Assembly: GCA_965112155.1 (NCBI GenBank)
Contig: OZ218099.1
Strand: one strand, 5' to 3'
DNA length: 64,000 nt
Source of the DNA: Podarcis liolepis
Taxonomy: Eukaryota
The position numbers and the translations under genes are program-made. Positions 1-13,178 of the stretch are shown in pieces (within the stretch, counting starts at the first letter, position 1; the number at the start of each line of letters is the position of its first letter). The notes under the pieces are model-generated. The model was not told the DNA's origin. It searched no databases and worked only from the letters and a program-made list of their open reading frames with translations.

Positions 1-231
1 GCCAGCATGACTAAGCTGCTTCTGGCGAACCAGAGCAGCGCACGGAAACGCCGTTTACCTTCCCGCTGGAGTGGTACCTATTTATCTACTTGCACTTTGA
101 GGTGCTTTCAAACTGCTAGGTTGGCAGGAGCTGGGGCCGAGCAACGGGAGCTCACCCCGTCGCGGGGATTCGAACCACCGACCTTCTGATCGGCAAGTCC
201 TAGGCTCTGTGGTTTAACCCACAGCGCCACA
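1..231 (-). mobile_element. Sauria SINE (Squam1-type), cut by window start
   Basis: Reverse complement reads GTGGCGCTGTGGGTTAAACCACAGAGCCTAGGACTTGCCGATCAGAAGGTCGGTGGTTCGAATCCCCGCGACGGGGTGAGCTCCCG..., the tRNA-derived head with A/B boxes. Near-identical copies at 7358, 24402 and 60782. Confidence 0.93.
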
Positions 232-2310
232 CCAGCTTTAATACAATATACTGATGCCGAACAATATAGCAGTGCCCTTAAGGCTAAAGGAAACAACCCA
301 GCAGAGGAACAATTTGGCAATTGCCAGAGGGCATGCACTGGGGGCTTGAGGAACCCTGCGTAAAGTTACTGAGCTTCCAAAAACAATTCCTGTTTGCGTT
401 CATCAAGTTGCACAGAATAGCCAAGGGGACGCAATTGGCATAAATCATGCCCTGCTCTTCAGCGGCAGATTTTGCTATGCACAGCCTAGAACTGTGGGTG
501 TCAGCTTTTAAACTGCATGACGTTGATCCCTGGGTGTCATCTCCCTCCAAAGCTTCACCGTGACGTTTCCCACAGAAGTTGTTGGCAATTGCATGCACTG
601 TCTGAATCCTTTCTGGCTCCTGGCAAGTTTTATTTGAGGAACCAGTTTGAATCAACACAGCATGCCTTTATGTACTCAGCTGACTTGAATTAAAGCAGGG
701 CTTGACCTGACCTAGTGATATGTGCAAATCCCTCCAGTTCTCCCACGACTGCACTGGAGGGACATGTTTTGCCCCAGTTATTCTCTCACTTAACCCCATT
801 CCTACAGGGTTACGTCAGAAACTCAGGGCCTTGTCTGGCCCAGTTGTGCCTCAGAGGCCTTTGACACCTCCCACTTTCAGGAGCCTCAGCTGTTTGTTTG
901 CAGATATGTACTTCTTCATTTCAATTTTTATTTCTTGTAAGAAAAAGACAAAGGGATAAATTAAAACTACCACTGATATAATCCATCTGGTCAACTAATA
1001 GGCACTCTTTTCTTAGCTTCAAGCCTCTCCAGGAGCCATTGTTCTCTGCTCCGACACTAAGCCATATTTTGGGAAGCAAAAGTATGCATGTAACTGGAAA
1101 GAGTGTGGAGGTGTGAGGGAGGTTTCAGGAAGCTGGCAGTGAAGAACCAAGAGAAGATAATTGGGTATCACAGCTAGGTTGCTTCCTTTTCATGCCGCAC
1201 CCCCTTTCCTAGTCTCAGGGCCTATGCAAAATGTGCTGTAGCATGTCCATGAGAGAAAGAACAGCCATACATTGATACTACGCTGGGTGAAAACATGTAG
1301 TTAGGAAGTTTTCTCTTGCATAATTCATGCTATCTATTTCACATGTTACCTCTTATAGCACCAAGAGGAACCATTAAAGAAGAATGTGATTGCTTTGTTG
1401 GCACCAGCTCAGCCAACATTCTGAACAAAGGGAGTCACCGCTGAGGAAACCTGCTGTAACATATTGTTATGCATTTGGAGGGGTCGGTTTGGATGACACC
1501 CTGCTTCTCTTCCAAACCCTCGATCCTGTATCTGTGAGGATACTGTTAAACCAGGAACTTCACCAAGGCTATGGTCTTTGCTGGCCGGTTAAGCTGGCCT
1601 CATCAGCATTTTAAATAATGAATGGTTAGGCATTTTCCTCACTCCCCTCACCTGGCTGGAAGCTACGTAATCCTAGGTGGAAGAACAGTAGCCAGAGTTG
1701 CATGTGTGAGTTTGACTGGTATTAGAAGCTGGAGACAGAGAGACACTCTGTGATGGATCTAAATTTGGGACTCCCTCTGAAAATCTACTTATGCCCCTTC
1801 ACCTTATGCTTCAGTGTGAATGAATCCTAAAGACACCAGTCTCAACTGACCATTGTTCCAGGGAAACCAAACCGTGGGAAAGTACAGGAACCCCTGGAGT
1901 CACTCAGAGATTAGAGATGTATCAATATAAAGGGGGCAGCTGGTGAAGGGCCTCAGCAGAGGTTCTTGATGTGCAGGCTGGTTGTTATGTGATCAGGCCC
2001 TTGCCATGTTGAACCCAACTGACACCATTAGGCATGATATAAATCCACTTGACTGGGGTAGCCAACATACTGCCCTGCATTTTTTAAAAAATGCAACGCC
2101 TATCATCCCTTAACATTGGCCACACCTGAAGAGGCTGATGGGAACCAAAGTCCAACAACATCATTTGGAGAACCAACGATTCCAAAGTGTGTTTCCAGTT
2201 CCCACTGCATATAAAGCAGAGGAGAGGACAGAACTGGGCCGATCTGTGACTGGGATTTTACTCTTAAACTCAAAAGAAAGCCCTCTGTGAAAAACAGTTG
2301 CAGGCAACTT

Positions 2311-2311
<1 letters not shown>

Positions 2312-2344
<33 letters not shown>

Positions 2345-2737
2345 GTTGTGTCCGACTCTTCGTGACCCCATGGACCAGAGCACGCCAGGCACTCCTGTCT
2401 TCCACTGCCTCCCGCAGTTTGGTCAGACTCATGCTGGTAGCTTCGAGAACACTGTCCAACAATCTTGTCCTCCATCGTCCCCTTCTCCTTGTGCCCTCCA
2501 TCTTCCCCAACATCAGGGTCTTTTCCAGGGAGTCTTCTCTTCTCATGAGGTGGCCAAAGTACTGGAGCCTCAGCTTCAGGATCTGTCCTTCCAGTGAGCA
2601 CTCAGGGCTGATTTCCTTAAGAATGGATAGGTTTGATCTTCTTGCAGTCCATGGGACTCTCAAGAGTCTTCTCCAGCACCATAATTCAAAGGCATCAATT
2701 CTTCAGCAATCAGCCTTCTTTATGGTCCAGCTCCCAT
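2312..2737 (-). mobile_element. 5'-truncated BovB (RTE-clade) LINE with (CAA)n tail
   Basis: Minus-strand ORF RVPWTARRSNLSILKEISPECSLEGQILKLRLQYFGHLMRREDSLEKTLMLGKMEG...WRALVHGVTKSRTQL is the BovB ORF C-terminus. (CAA)n tail; 8-bp TSD GCAACTTT at 2304-2311 and 2738-2745. Confidence 0.93.
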
Positions 2738-3927
2738 GCAACTTTACTGCAATGTTATTTAAAAACGAGAAGGAGCCGTTGCAATTTTAAGTGGAAGAAG
2801 AACAGGTGGAGAGGTTAGCATGCCAACCCCTTTCCCTTGGCCCTCGTGGTGATTTTTCTGCTCCAACTCTCACACCCATGCTCAGCTGCACCAGTGATTC
2901 TTTCCAGTACTTGGTCAGCCAATGTCACAGGAACTATCATATCTGTAATGAACTGGTCACCAGAGAAGAGATGGCACTGCTATTTCCACATGTCACCTTC
3001 CTTCTCTATGGCAAGCTCAGAGATAGGAGGCATGTTGACACCTCAGGATTGTCAGCAACCCAAAACCCAGAATGGAAACCATGATCCATCTGTGAGAACG
3101 AAATGCCATATGGAGCAAGTCCTGGCTGGAGACATTTGAAAGATTAACTCTGACATCATTAGTGGGCAATTAATACAGAAAACATTTTGGACTTTGTGGA
3201 ATCCTATTTGGCTTGTGAAGCAAAATCAGTTTCATTTTTTCACTTGTTCCTCATCCTGTATCCATGAATAACCCACATACGCCAGTATCATCCTCCCAGA
3301 GTTTCTTCGGTCACACACATCCTCTCTTTACTTATGTGAGGCCCACAGTATAATTTGTGTATCTATTCTTGTCTTAATTATACCAAGTCCTTTCTCCCAT
3401 CTTGGTCCCAAATGTCACCACCTTTGTGGAATAAAATCCTTTTGAGTGTTAATTAAGCTCCCATTGCTCTGATGCAATACATTATTATCTTCTTGGTTTA
3501 TGGAACAGCCTCAAATATTTTTACCTTAGCCATGCATGCTATTCTGCCAGTAATTATTTCTCTAAAATGCTACTGTAAGTGTATACACAGTATCCAGTTG
3601 CTCTCAGCTAATCATTTGTTAATACATTGCATCTTCTACTAATTCTAAAAGTTTCATAACAGCATAGATTTTATTTCAGTCCACTAGTATGGGGGGAGCA
3701 GAAATTATTATTGATTGACACTTCAGGTTAATACCTCAAAGTTCTAGTTCTTCATGATTTACTTGAGCATCACCTTTGCCATGTAGTCTCTTCTACATCA
3801 CGCTGGCATGAAAATGTTCTCCATCGTGTGGTACTTCCCATGCCATTTTATCCATGACCCCTTTTCCCCAGTGTGCCAGGTGTTTTTGGACTTCAACCCC
3901 CCCCCCCCGCCCCAGACAGTATCTCCA

Positions 3928-4064
3928 CACAGTTGGAAGCAACCCGGAGGATTATGTAGTTCAACCCCCTGCAGTGCAGGAATATGCAAGTGTCCCATAT
4001 GGGGAATCGAACCTGCAGCCTTGGTGTTATCAGCACCATGCTGTAAACCAACTGAGCTATCCAG
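3928..4064 (-). mobile_element. Short SINE: tRNA-Ile-derived head + CR1 3' tail (probably Squam2-type)
   Basis: Reverse complement GGATAGCTCAGTTGGTTTACAGCATGGTGCTGATAACACCAAGGCTGCAGGTTCGATTCCCC resembles tRNA-Ile. It is followed by the TTCCTGCACTGCAGGGGGTTGAACTAC...CTTCCAAC CR1-type tail. Confidence 0.75.
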
Positions 4065-4097
4065 TGCTCATGCCATGCATCATTTTATATACTTCTA

Positions 4098-4243
4098 GCA
4101 TGTCACCTCTTATTTACCTTTTCTCTAAACTTAAAAGCCCCAAATGCTGCAATCTTTCATAGGAGATTGATCATTTTGCCTGCCCTTTTCTGAACTTTCC
4201 CCAGCTCTACAATATCCTTTTGGAGGTGAGGGAACCAGAAATG
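4098..4243 (-). mobile_element. Degraded CR1 LINE ORF2 fragment
   Basis: Sequence CTTTTCTCTAAACTTAAAAGCCCCAAATGCTGCAATCTTTC...CTCTACAATATCCTTTTGGAGGTG resembles antisense CR1 ORF2. Confidence 0.55.
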
Positions 4244-5584
4244 TGAATTTAAGATTATTTTTTGCTCCAGTGTGCATCATCTGCAGCTCCCAACAGCACT
4301 GCTACAATCCAGAAAATGTTTTGTGACTGACTTCTGCTGATGGTGCAAACTAGTATAGAATACATTGCCTAAGAGCACTTGGTGAGTCCCTAAGAGGAAA
4401 TCTGAGCTGAAAACTTTTACCTCATCTGTATTTCACCAGCTCTTCCATCTATTAGTGTACGGATATGACTTGCAAATTGATCTAGACGTAACCTGGTATT
4501 TCCATGATTTGCGTCATCTACAAGTAATCTGCTTGCTTTAAATTCATAGACTTTGTTGTTTTACCCATCCAACATAATGTGGTCTGTCTGCTAGAAATTC
4601 TGGGTTTGGGCCTACTATTATCACAAATACAAATCCAGTGGACCTGTAATAATCCTTACAGTTTGGAGCTAAATTAAGACCTCGAAGACAGACATCGAGA
4701 GTCTGTTTGCCAACCAAATCAAAATTTACTAATTTATCAACTTTTGCAGTTTATCCAACTCACATGGCAAATCAATATGTCAGTTCTACCCAAAGCCCTG
4801 CTCCAAAGTTCAGTTCAACCTCGGCCACAAATGTATGCATCAAGTAGCCATCATTGATGTTATCCGAATTTACTTCTTCCAATTCTGTCACACTTTTGTT
4901 GAAACAAGGAGTCTTACTGTGTGGTCCAAGGTTGACCATTAGCAGGGCCAGCCCAAAGCATTTCACTGCCTGATGTGGAGGACAAGATAGGGCACCCTCA
5001 CTCAATCTCCATTCCACTTACAGGGCAGTGCTATTTTTCTAGAAGAAGAGGTGCTGGAACTCACTATGAATGCCTCCCTTGTTCTCTGTGCCCACCTGGG
5101 AGGTGCCAGAACTGAGTTCTGCTGAGTTCCTGCTGAAAAAAGTCATTTTACAGGGTTATTTCCAATGTGGTGCTAAACAACTTGTTGCGTCAACACAAGG
5201 ATTTACATTTGCACACAGGAACTCCCCTCCCCCACTTTCCTCTTCACACGCGCACCCTGCACTCTCTGCAGAGAGTTAGGGAGAGACCCTAGAAAAAATT
5301 TAGAGGGTATGCAAGAGTGGAGGAGAGGGGGGAAATTTCTGTTGTCCGAGCCTAAATCTTTGCACCGATGGAGCCAGTAAGTTGGCTAACACCCACAGAA
5401 TTCAGCTACAGGTGGGTAGCTGAAATTCACCTTAACCCTGCTGATGGGACAATATCCTCCCACCATCCCTGAGGGCAGGAGACTAGCTTAAGGGGTACAG
5501 AGGAGGCTGGCTTAGGGAACTCAGAGAGAATGCGAACAGGGGACTGCTGCCACCTGAAGCAGCCGCCTCACTTGGCCTAATGGT

Positions 5585-6065
5585 TGGGCTGGACCTGAAC
5601 CTGAGCCACACCCATTGGGTCCAAGCTATCTGAAAGATCGTATTCCCTCATACAAACCTGCCCAGGCTTTGAGATCTTTGGGGGAGGCCCTTCTCTCAGT
5701 CCTGCCATCCTCACAGGCACACTTGGTGGGGATGTGGGCGAGGGCCTTCTCAGTGGCTGCTCCCATGCTCTGGAACTCCATCCCTGGAGAAGCTAGCCTG
5801 GCTCCCTCCTTGTCCTTCTGCCAGCAAGTGAAGACGTTTTCATTCCATCAAGCTTTTGGGAACTGACTGCTTTTAATGAAAGCTCTGGTGCTGTTCTTAT
5901 TTGAAATTATTTGTATGGTTTTAACACATTGTATATATGTATATAGTCTTCCTTCTAACAATGCTTGATTGTTTTTTAATGATTTTTTCCCCTATGTTTT
6001 TAGCGGTTCTCGTGTTAATAGGTAAGCTGCCTTGAGTCTCGTCAGGGGGAAAGGGTATAAATATA
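5585..6065 (+). mobile_element. L2 LINE 3' end
   Basis: Translation LGPSYLKDRI...RAFSVAAPMLWNSIP...KTFSFHQAF is the typical L2 ORF2 C-terminus. AT-rich 3' UTR ends GGGTATAAATAT. Confidence 0.85.
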
Positions 6066-6756
6066 TGACGATGGTGATGATGATGATGATAAAAATTTCC
6101 CCATCTGAGATAATTGATCTGACTACACCTGACGGCATCTTCAGAATCAAGTTCTGGAGAAGCGGAAAAAAGGTACTTTTGGACTGTTCCACAGGATTTC
6201 AGTTCCCTGAGAACATACCATGAGATGTTTGCAGTGCTTCCGTGGGAAACATAAGAAATCACATCCTGTGTCGTGTACAGGGAACCTGCTCTGCAAAACC
6301 ATTTGTCCTATTTTCAGAGTTTAGATTCCTCTTGCAATGATGACCAAGTGGCGGTTTTATTTCCTCAGCCTACCCACTCACTTTCCAATCTTGCCCTTGG
6401 AGGAACTTCCTGTTTTTGCTCTACCACCTGTCGAGCCAGAAGAGATGCCATCTTCCAGGTTATTCCCCATGCTAGAGTTGGCACCTTGCTGCTAGTTCCT
6501 CTATGGCCTCTTAGGCTCCACATTTTAAATTCTATCACACAACATCCTTCCTGCCAGTGCAATGATTCACGTGTTTTAAGATGCTGTTTTAAAGCAATAT
6601 TCCGACTGACAGTGTCAGAACCAAGTCAATGGCTACAACTGGAATTTTTTCTTTTACTGAATGGTTCCATGTAAGTGATGGGGACATACACACTTGATAC
6701 AATTTACCAGTGGGATCACCTTACCCCAGCTGCTATGACCTCCAGAATAGGCACTG

Positions 6757-7212
6757 TTCCTGCATTGCAGGGACATGGGTGGCGCTGTGGTCTAAACCAC
6801 TGAGCCTCTTGGGCTTGCCAATCAGAAGGTTGGTGGTTCAAATCCCCACTACGGGCTGAACTCCCGTTGCTCTGTCTCAGTTCCTGCCAACCTAGCACTT
6901 CGAAAGGATGCCGATGGAAGTAGATAAATATGTACTGCTGTGGCAATAAGGTAAATGGCATTTCCGTGCGCTCTGGTTTCACTCATGGTGTTCCGTTGCG
7001 CCAGAAGCAGTTTAGTCATGCTGGTCACATGAGCTGGGAAGCTGTCTGTGGACAAACGTCGGATCCCTTGCCTAAAAGCGAGATGAGCACCACAACCCCA
7101 TAGTCGCCTTTGACTGGACTTAACCATCCGGGGGGGTGTCCTACTTTTTTTACTACTGCAGGGGGTTGGACTAGATGTCCCTCATGGTCCCTTCCAACTC
7201 TACAATTCTATC
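6757..7212 (+). mobile_element. CR1-type 3' tail interrupted by a Sauria SINE
   Basis: TTCCTGCATTGCAG (to 6770) resumes as TGCAGGGGGTTGGACTAGATGTCCCTCATGGTCCCTTCCAACTCTACAATTCTAT at 7157. Confidence 0.75.
6770..7156 (+). mobile_element. Full-length Sauria SINE (longer subfamily)
   Basis: GGGACATGGGTGGCGCTGTGGTCTAAACCACTGAGCC head. Has internal extra segments (CTCATGGTGTTCCGTTG; TCTGTGGACAAAC) relative to the other copies. TGCAG is duplicated on both sides. Confidence 0.9.
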
Positions 7213-7357
7213 ATTCCCTCAATTTTTACTTTAGCAGTACATACATACACTTTGAAACACCCTGATTATTGATAACAGGCAGGCACTTTTACTACACTCT
7301 TTTAAGTGGCTGCTAAAAACATTTTTTTTTTAAGACAAGCCTATCCCTATCCCTATC

Positions 7358-7647
7358 GCGGTTCAAATCCCCGCAGCAGCGTGAGCTCCCGTTGCTCGGT
7401 CCCTGCTCCTGCCAACCTAGCAGTTTGAAAGCACGTCAAAGTGCAAGTAGATAAATAGGTACTGCTCCGGCGGGAAGGTAAACAGCGTTTCTGTGTGCTG
7501 CTCTGGTTCACCAGAAGCGGCTTAGTCATGCTGGCCACATGACCCGGAAGCTGTACGCCGGCTCCCTCAGCTAGTAAAGCGAGATGAGCACTGCAACTCC
7601 AGTCGTCCACAACTGGACCTAACGGTCAGGTGTCCCTTTACCTTTTT
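7358..7647 (+). mobile_element. 5'-truncated Sauria SINE
   Basis: Begins at the B-box GGTTCAAATCC and ends in the CCCTTTACCTTT tail. Confidence 0.92.
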
Positions 7648-8462
7648 ATCCAGATATATAGAATGAGAATGTTTTAATCTGTTGTGTGTTGCACCGGTCC
7701 CCACTAGCAACCCACCAAGGAATGCCTCACCAATGGAAGTAGTGGCTGTGGTGATAGATGGTACCCAGCAAACAGTTGTCACACACTTAAAAAAAAACCA
7801 AAAAACACCACCACCACACTCCCACACAATGCACTTCAGCATGTCCTGCGTAAGATGTGATTTTTATGTTGGATTCCCCCCAAATTACTACATTATCTCT
7901 GGATCAGGAAAATCCAAATTAATTTGGGGGTGGGGGGTAGTAGTACAAACTGAACTTGGAACAGGATGTTGTGTGGATAATGCACAACACACACACACCT
8001 GGGACACATCAAACCCACTTTACAGTGCCCTGTGTTCACACCTTGAGTCAATATTGGTGATGAGGAACTGAGGCTGAGAAATAGTGATGTACCTAAAGGT
8101 TCCAAATGACTTGAAAAGTAAGGTGGGATTTGAAGTGTCGACAATCTGGTTCAAAGCCTCAGTCACACGTCCCCAGCTCTCGAGGTCACTTAAGCTTCTC
8201 TGTCATCTACGAACTTGTAAGGAAACACATAAAAAAACCCACAAAAATATCTTTTTATGGTTGTTTATGCTTTGAGGCCTTCTTCATGGGATCTGAGCAG
8301 CTGTTTTTCATCTCACCATATCTGTGGCAGATAGTTGTGTTACTTTGTTGGTGTTCCTTGTCTTTGACTGACTAGGATAAGGAAACCACGGAGGTCAGGG
8401 GTTTCCTGAAGCATGAATTGCGATGAGAAATAGGGTTGAATGGAAATATGTACTACTCCTCT

Positions 8463-8465
<3 letters not shown>

Positions 8466-8509
<44 letters not shown>
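8466..8509. repeat. (GT)n microsatellite
   Basis: Perfect GT run, ~22 units. Confidence 0.98.
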
Positions 8510-8512
<3 letters not shown>

Positions 8513-10359
8513 AAATCTGCCTGCAATCCAATAAACCTGGTTTTGAAGGCACTGACAGAGGTGGGCATTTCTTACTTTCTTGGCAAGGTGTTTTCTCTTT
8601 GAGAATCTCCCTTCCTATCTCTTTCTATCTAGTACCCTAGTACTCTGATCCCTCAGAGCTTGCCAAGAAGATGGAGGCATACACCTTACACCAAAATGAG
8701 AGCTTCCAGAGGCATTCCTAGGGGGTAACTGAAACCAGCTCCTGCTGAGGCCGCAAGCCCAGTGGGGGTGCAAAAATCACCTATCAGGTGTTGAAGTCCT
8801 CCCAATACTGGGAGCACCCCTCTCACCCAATGCTCAGCACTCCAGCATCTGTTTTGCTGGCAGAAGGAATCCGCTGGGATCTCTAGCAGGAAGAACTGCT
8901 GCTCCTGCTGCAGGAGGAGGAGATGGAATGGCCTCCAGGCATAGAGCGGCGCGAGTGCCCCATTCAGCCCCAAGGAGCCATGGTCCTCCTGTTCAGGCAA
9001 CCTTGCCTGCTTCTCAGGTTGTTGTTTTTTTCAGAGGAGGGGGGTGCCTATACAGCTCCTTGCCAAGGGTGCAAGGGACACTAGGTATGCCTCTGAGAGC
9101 ATCCACCTTATACCCTCAAGTGCATGTCTCATCTTCAGGCTCCTCCAGGGAAATGTGAAAATTTGTAGGTCACCTGCCACTTCCTATGGTGTTTTGTTCC
9201 TTAATTGATTTATTTAAAGCCGGCAGGATGAAACCAAATGCAGGAAGAAACGAACGATGGACTCTCCTGCTTCCATTGCCACTTATATAACTAAATTACA
9301 ACCTGGTTTAGACAATTCCCGCCTCAACTCTTATGGGTAATTTAGAGCGCCGTCCCACTGCTTGTGATGGAATTCCTAACACAACTATGCAAGTACATTT
9401 CCAAGCGATGATTGATGTAAATAACTTTTGGGCTAGCCATTATGGAGTCGTGAGAAGTCCCAAGGAAGGGTGTGTACAATTTCCTGGTCTGGTGTGTGGA
9501 GAGAAATGAGGGCTGTAGGCCTCAGAGACCCCAGAGCTATGGCAACAGAAGAGTAATATGTAACTCAAAGGGAACTGGGCCCTGCTAGGTGACCATAGGG
9601 CCAAACTAGCCGATACATTAGCTTTGTATCTGGGCCCTTAAATGCATCTTTAAACCAGCTGGCTACACATCATTTAGTTTGATCCTGCATGGCACATAAC
9701 CCTGAAGAAAGTATACCAGTGTAAGTCAATGGCTCGCTCACACATCTTGAGTTGAGATTATGTAAAGGATAAACAGTAGGTGCTTAACTTGGTCATCAGG
9801 ACACATTAATTAGGCTTGGCAAGCAGTAGCTGCTAAATATTTGGCTAAAACCCAGGTTTCTTCCTCCCTGGGCACCACATTTCCCCCTTTATGTTTAAGA
9901 CTTAATTTCCAGGTGCCATTTGAAACTGGCAGGAGAAGAGAAGAGACTGGTTCATTTGCAGGCGTGTAGGAGGTTATGGATCCATTAGTGCAATTATGTG
10001 TACTTGAGGCCTGCCGGGTTATGAACTCAGGGTCAAACTAGATCCGACTTGAAGTACCTGATTCAAAACTCTGCTTGTGTTTATTTACAACATTCCTACA
10101 CCGCCCATTAATAAAAAGTTCTCTGGGTGGTTCAAGAACAAAAGTTAAAACCTCCATGAAGTGAAAAAGCAGAATGCAAGCATAAAATCTGATCAGAATA
10201 AAACCAGTATAAAGGCAGCAACAGAAAATAGTGCAAAGAGCATTAAAAGAAACCCTGAGAAAATAAAAAGGCCTTTTGCCACAGCATGGGTCTCAGGAGG
10301 ACAATCTCTCTAGTGAGAGAATTCTGCAACCAGGAGTGTTGAAAAGGCCTTCCCCTAGT

Positions 10360-10620
10360 GACAGCCAGTGTGGTGTAGTGGATAAGAGCAGTGGACTTGT
10401 AATCTGGCAAACTGGGTTCGCTTCTCCACTCCTCCACATGCAGCTGCTGGGTGACCTTGGGCTAGTCACACTTCTCTGAAGTCTCTCAGCCCCACTCACC
10501 TCACAGAGTGTTTGTTGGGAGGGAGGAAGGGAAAGGAGATTGATAGCCGCTTTGAGACTCCTTAAGGGGAGTGAAAGGTGGGATATCAAGTCCAAACTCT
10601 TCCTCCTATTCTTCTTCTTC
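10360..10620 (+). mobile_element. Squam3-type tRNA/CORE SINE with (CTT)n tail
   Basis: AGCCAGTGTGGTGTAGTGG A-box, GGGTTCG B-box, CORE-like GGGTGACCTTGGGCTAGTCAC, L2-like tail and CTT repeats. Second copy inverted at 51857-52098. Confidence 0.85.
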
Positions 10621-10701
10621 TGGCCACCAGCTTCAGTTCAAATGATGTCTCCTTGCCCTACTTTGTAGAGGGCAGACCTCTGTTTGAAAGTGTCCTCTAG
10701 A

Positions 10702-11255
10702 GCAGATCTCTTCAACCTTTAGAAACTCAGGACCCACCTTTAACCCAAACACGCATTTACGGATCCATTTCTTATGCTTTTACCATATTCCAATTTAAAT
10801 GTTACAAATTTCTTTCAAAATTGGTATTTATACACTTAAGCTACCATATGCAAATTGGAGTCCTCTTTTGCCCCCTACTTTTTTGGTGTCACAAATCATA
10901 ATCTCCTATATCCCACTGATTAAAATTGGGGTGCTCGTTTGGCCCTGAGTTTTTGCAGGAGCCAGCTGACTCACGCAAGAGCGCGAAACCAAAGAATGGG
11001 CGTCTTTTGGGCCAGAGATCTAGCACGAGCTGCTAGCATGTGCCAGAGTGCCCAACCAAAAAATGGGACATTCCGGGATCCAATCAGAAGCTGGGTTGGC
11101 TTCTGTAATTCCAGGATGTCCCCCTCAAATCAGGATGGTTGAGGAGTATGGCAGATCCTCAACTTTGGCAATGCGTGGCTGACCACCCTATGGGACGAAT
11201 TTATTGAGGACACCCAGAGAAGGGCTTCTTAAATGAGTCTGTTGAAACAGACTGG
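10702..11255. mobile_element. Degraded non-autonomous hAT-like element
   Basis: Imperfect termini CAGATCTCTTCAAC ... GTTGAAACAGACTG; GACCCAC subterminal motif. Confidence 0.4.
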
Positions 11256-11689
11256 AAAGTAATTGGAAAGTAATTCAGAATTCCCCGTTCTGTGTCTGGG
11301 GAAACCAACTGGTCTGAGCTGGTGAGAAAAGGGAGATTAAGCCTTTCCTCCTTGCTTCCTAACCCCCCCCCCCTTCCGATAGGCTATTTACAACTAGGGC
11401 AAACAGCTTCTTTGGGTGGTGCTTTATATTTATAAAATATTCTTTTAGGCAATAATCCTAGGTGCAATTACCTGAACATTAATGCTACCGAAATCATTAT
11501 CTATAATTATAATATTAAGATTGCTGTGATAGTTAGTTACATATTCACCCTCCCAGACATTTGTCAGCTGGGAACTAGGTGCAAGCCTTTCAGTAAGGGA
11601 GAAAATAGAAAATTACCTTTTATCAGCTTTGTCTGATTTACAAGCTGGGGCTGTTTGTGGACAGGGATAGACTAATCGCTGTAGTCAAT

Positions 11690-11960
11690 GCCTTGGTAAC
11701 TTAAAGACTGGGTTACTGCAATACACTTTATGTGGGGCTGCCTTTGGACATGACTCCAACTAGAGCAGAATGCAGTGGCCTGGTTATCCCTCAACTTTCC
11801 CAGAAAAACAGAGACTTCCCATTTTTTAACACAACAGCATGGCAGCCATTTTGGGATACTCTGCCAATAGAGATTCAGCAGGCACCTTCTGTTTCAACTT
11901 TTAAATGCCTGCTGAAAACTTTATATTCCATCAGGCTTATGCAGGCAACTAACAATGCAT
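11690..11960 (+). mobile_element. Degraded L2 LINE fragment
   Basis: GACTGGGTTACTGCAATACACTTTATGTGGGGCTGCCTTTG encodes an L2-like (D)YCN(A)LYVGLPL. The downstream part translates to FWDTLPIEIQQAPSVSTFKCLLKT. Confidence 0.7.
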
Positions 11961-13178
11961 ATTTCCATAGTATAGGTAACTCACAAATTGTGCACATTCA
12001 ACTTGTGCACATTCAGCTTTACACACTTGGCAAATAAAAAATAAAAAGGGGTGGGGTTCTAAGAAAAATGACTTTGGCAACCCCAATCACCATCAAACCC
12101 AATGTATTTTTGACTATATACAATTTTGGATTTACAGGTGATCCCGGAATGGAACCCTGCATAAGTTGAGATTCATTTGTAATTAGCTGCTTTCTGATTT
12201 AAACATTTTCGAATGGCATGCATTGTCCTTTCCGTATGGTTATTGTAAACCATTCTGAGTCTTTAACAAAAATGAATAGCAGTATATAAATATTTTTTAT
12301 AAATAAATAAATATTGTTGTTATGCACAATGGCAAATGTCATGATACAGACATTTTCATCAGTTCCAATGGCTGGGTGGGGGAAAACCCAGTGGATATAA
12401 AGAGGATAGTAAGAGTTGCTGCACTATCAAATGCAATATACAGTACATATAAACAAATCCTGATTATCCTTCTTACTTTTGTGGTTTAGAGTCTGCCCTA
12501 AAGAATTCACCCTTATCCCGTTATGCTAAAATGAAACAACTAGTTGTCACCGTTCCTTTGTATTGTGAGTTGTTTTTCCCCGCACTCCACCCACAAGTCG
12601 TCACATATGGTCCTAGAACTGCTTATAGAGCAACAACAGAAAGCACTGTTTACTTGCAATGCAGAGCAATGCGCCATCTCTTGATGGGAACAACAGGTCT
12701 GACAAGCCCCAAAGACCTCTGTGATGCTGTGCAAACAGCCAGAGGGAACCTTGCCCTAATTCAACAGTGTTAACTAGGGGCAGGCGATAAGGGAACCTGC
12801 CTCAAGTGGAGCCTGGACAGGAGAGCAAATTGGTCGCTTTAAATCATCTAACATTCCACTGACAGCTGCTAAAGCAATACTTCATTTGGAATAATTTGAC
12901 ATGTTTTCCAAGCCGGTAGCTGAAAAGTCAAGAAGCACAGGTATCAGCTTGCTCAGGGTGCTGGCGGGAACAGCAAGCCAGACTTAATGACATCCATCTA
13001 ATTTGCCAGTAGGTTAAGCCTAGCCAAAGAACCGCTATACTGCAGGTGATATGCAACTTTCCCCCAGATTTTACCATTCATTTCCCAAAGGAAGTTAAGG
13101 TTGTGGATGAATTCATCAATTTTGGGTTCTCATTTTTTCAGCTTTCAGTTCTCCGCATATCTGCATTAGTTTGTTATA

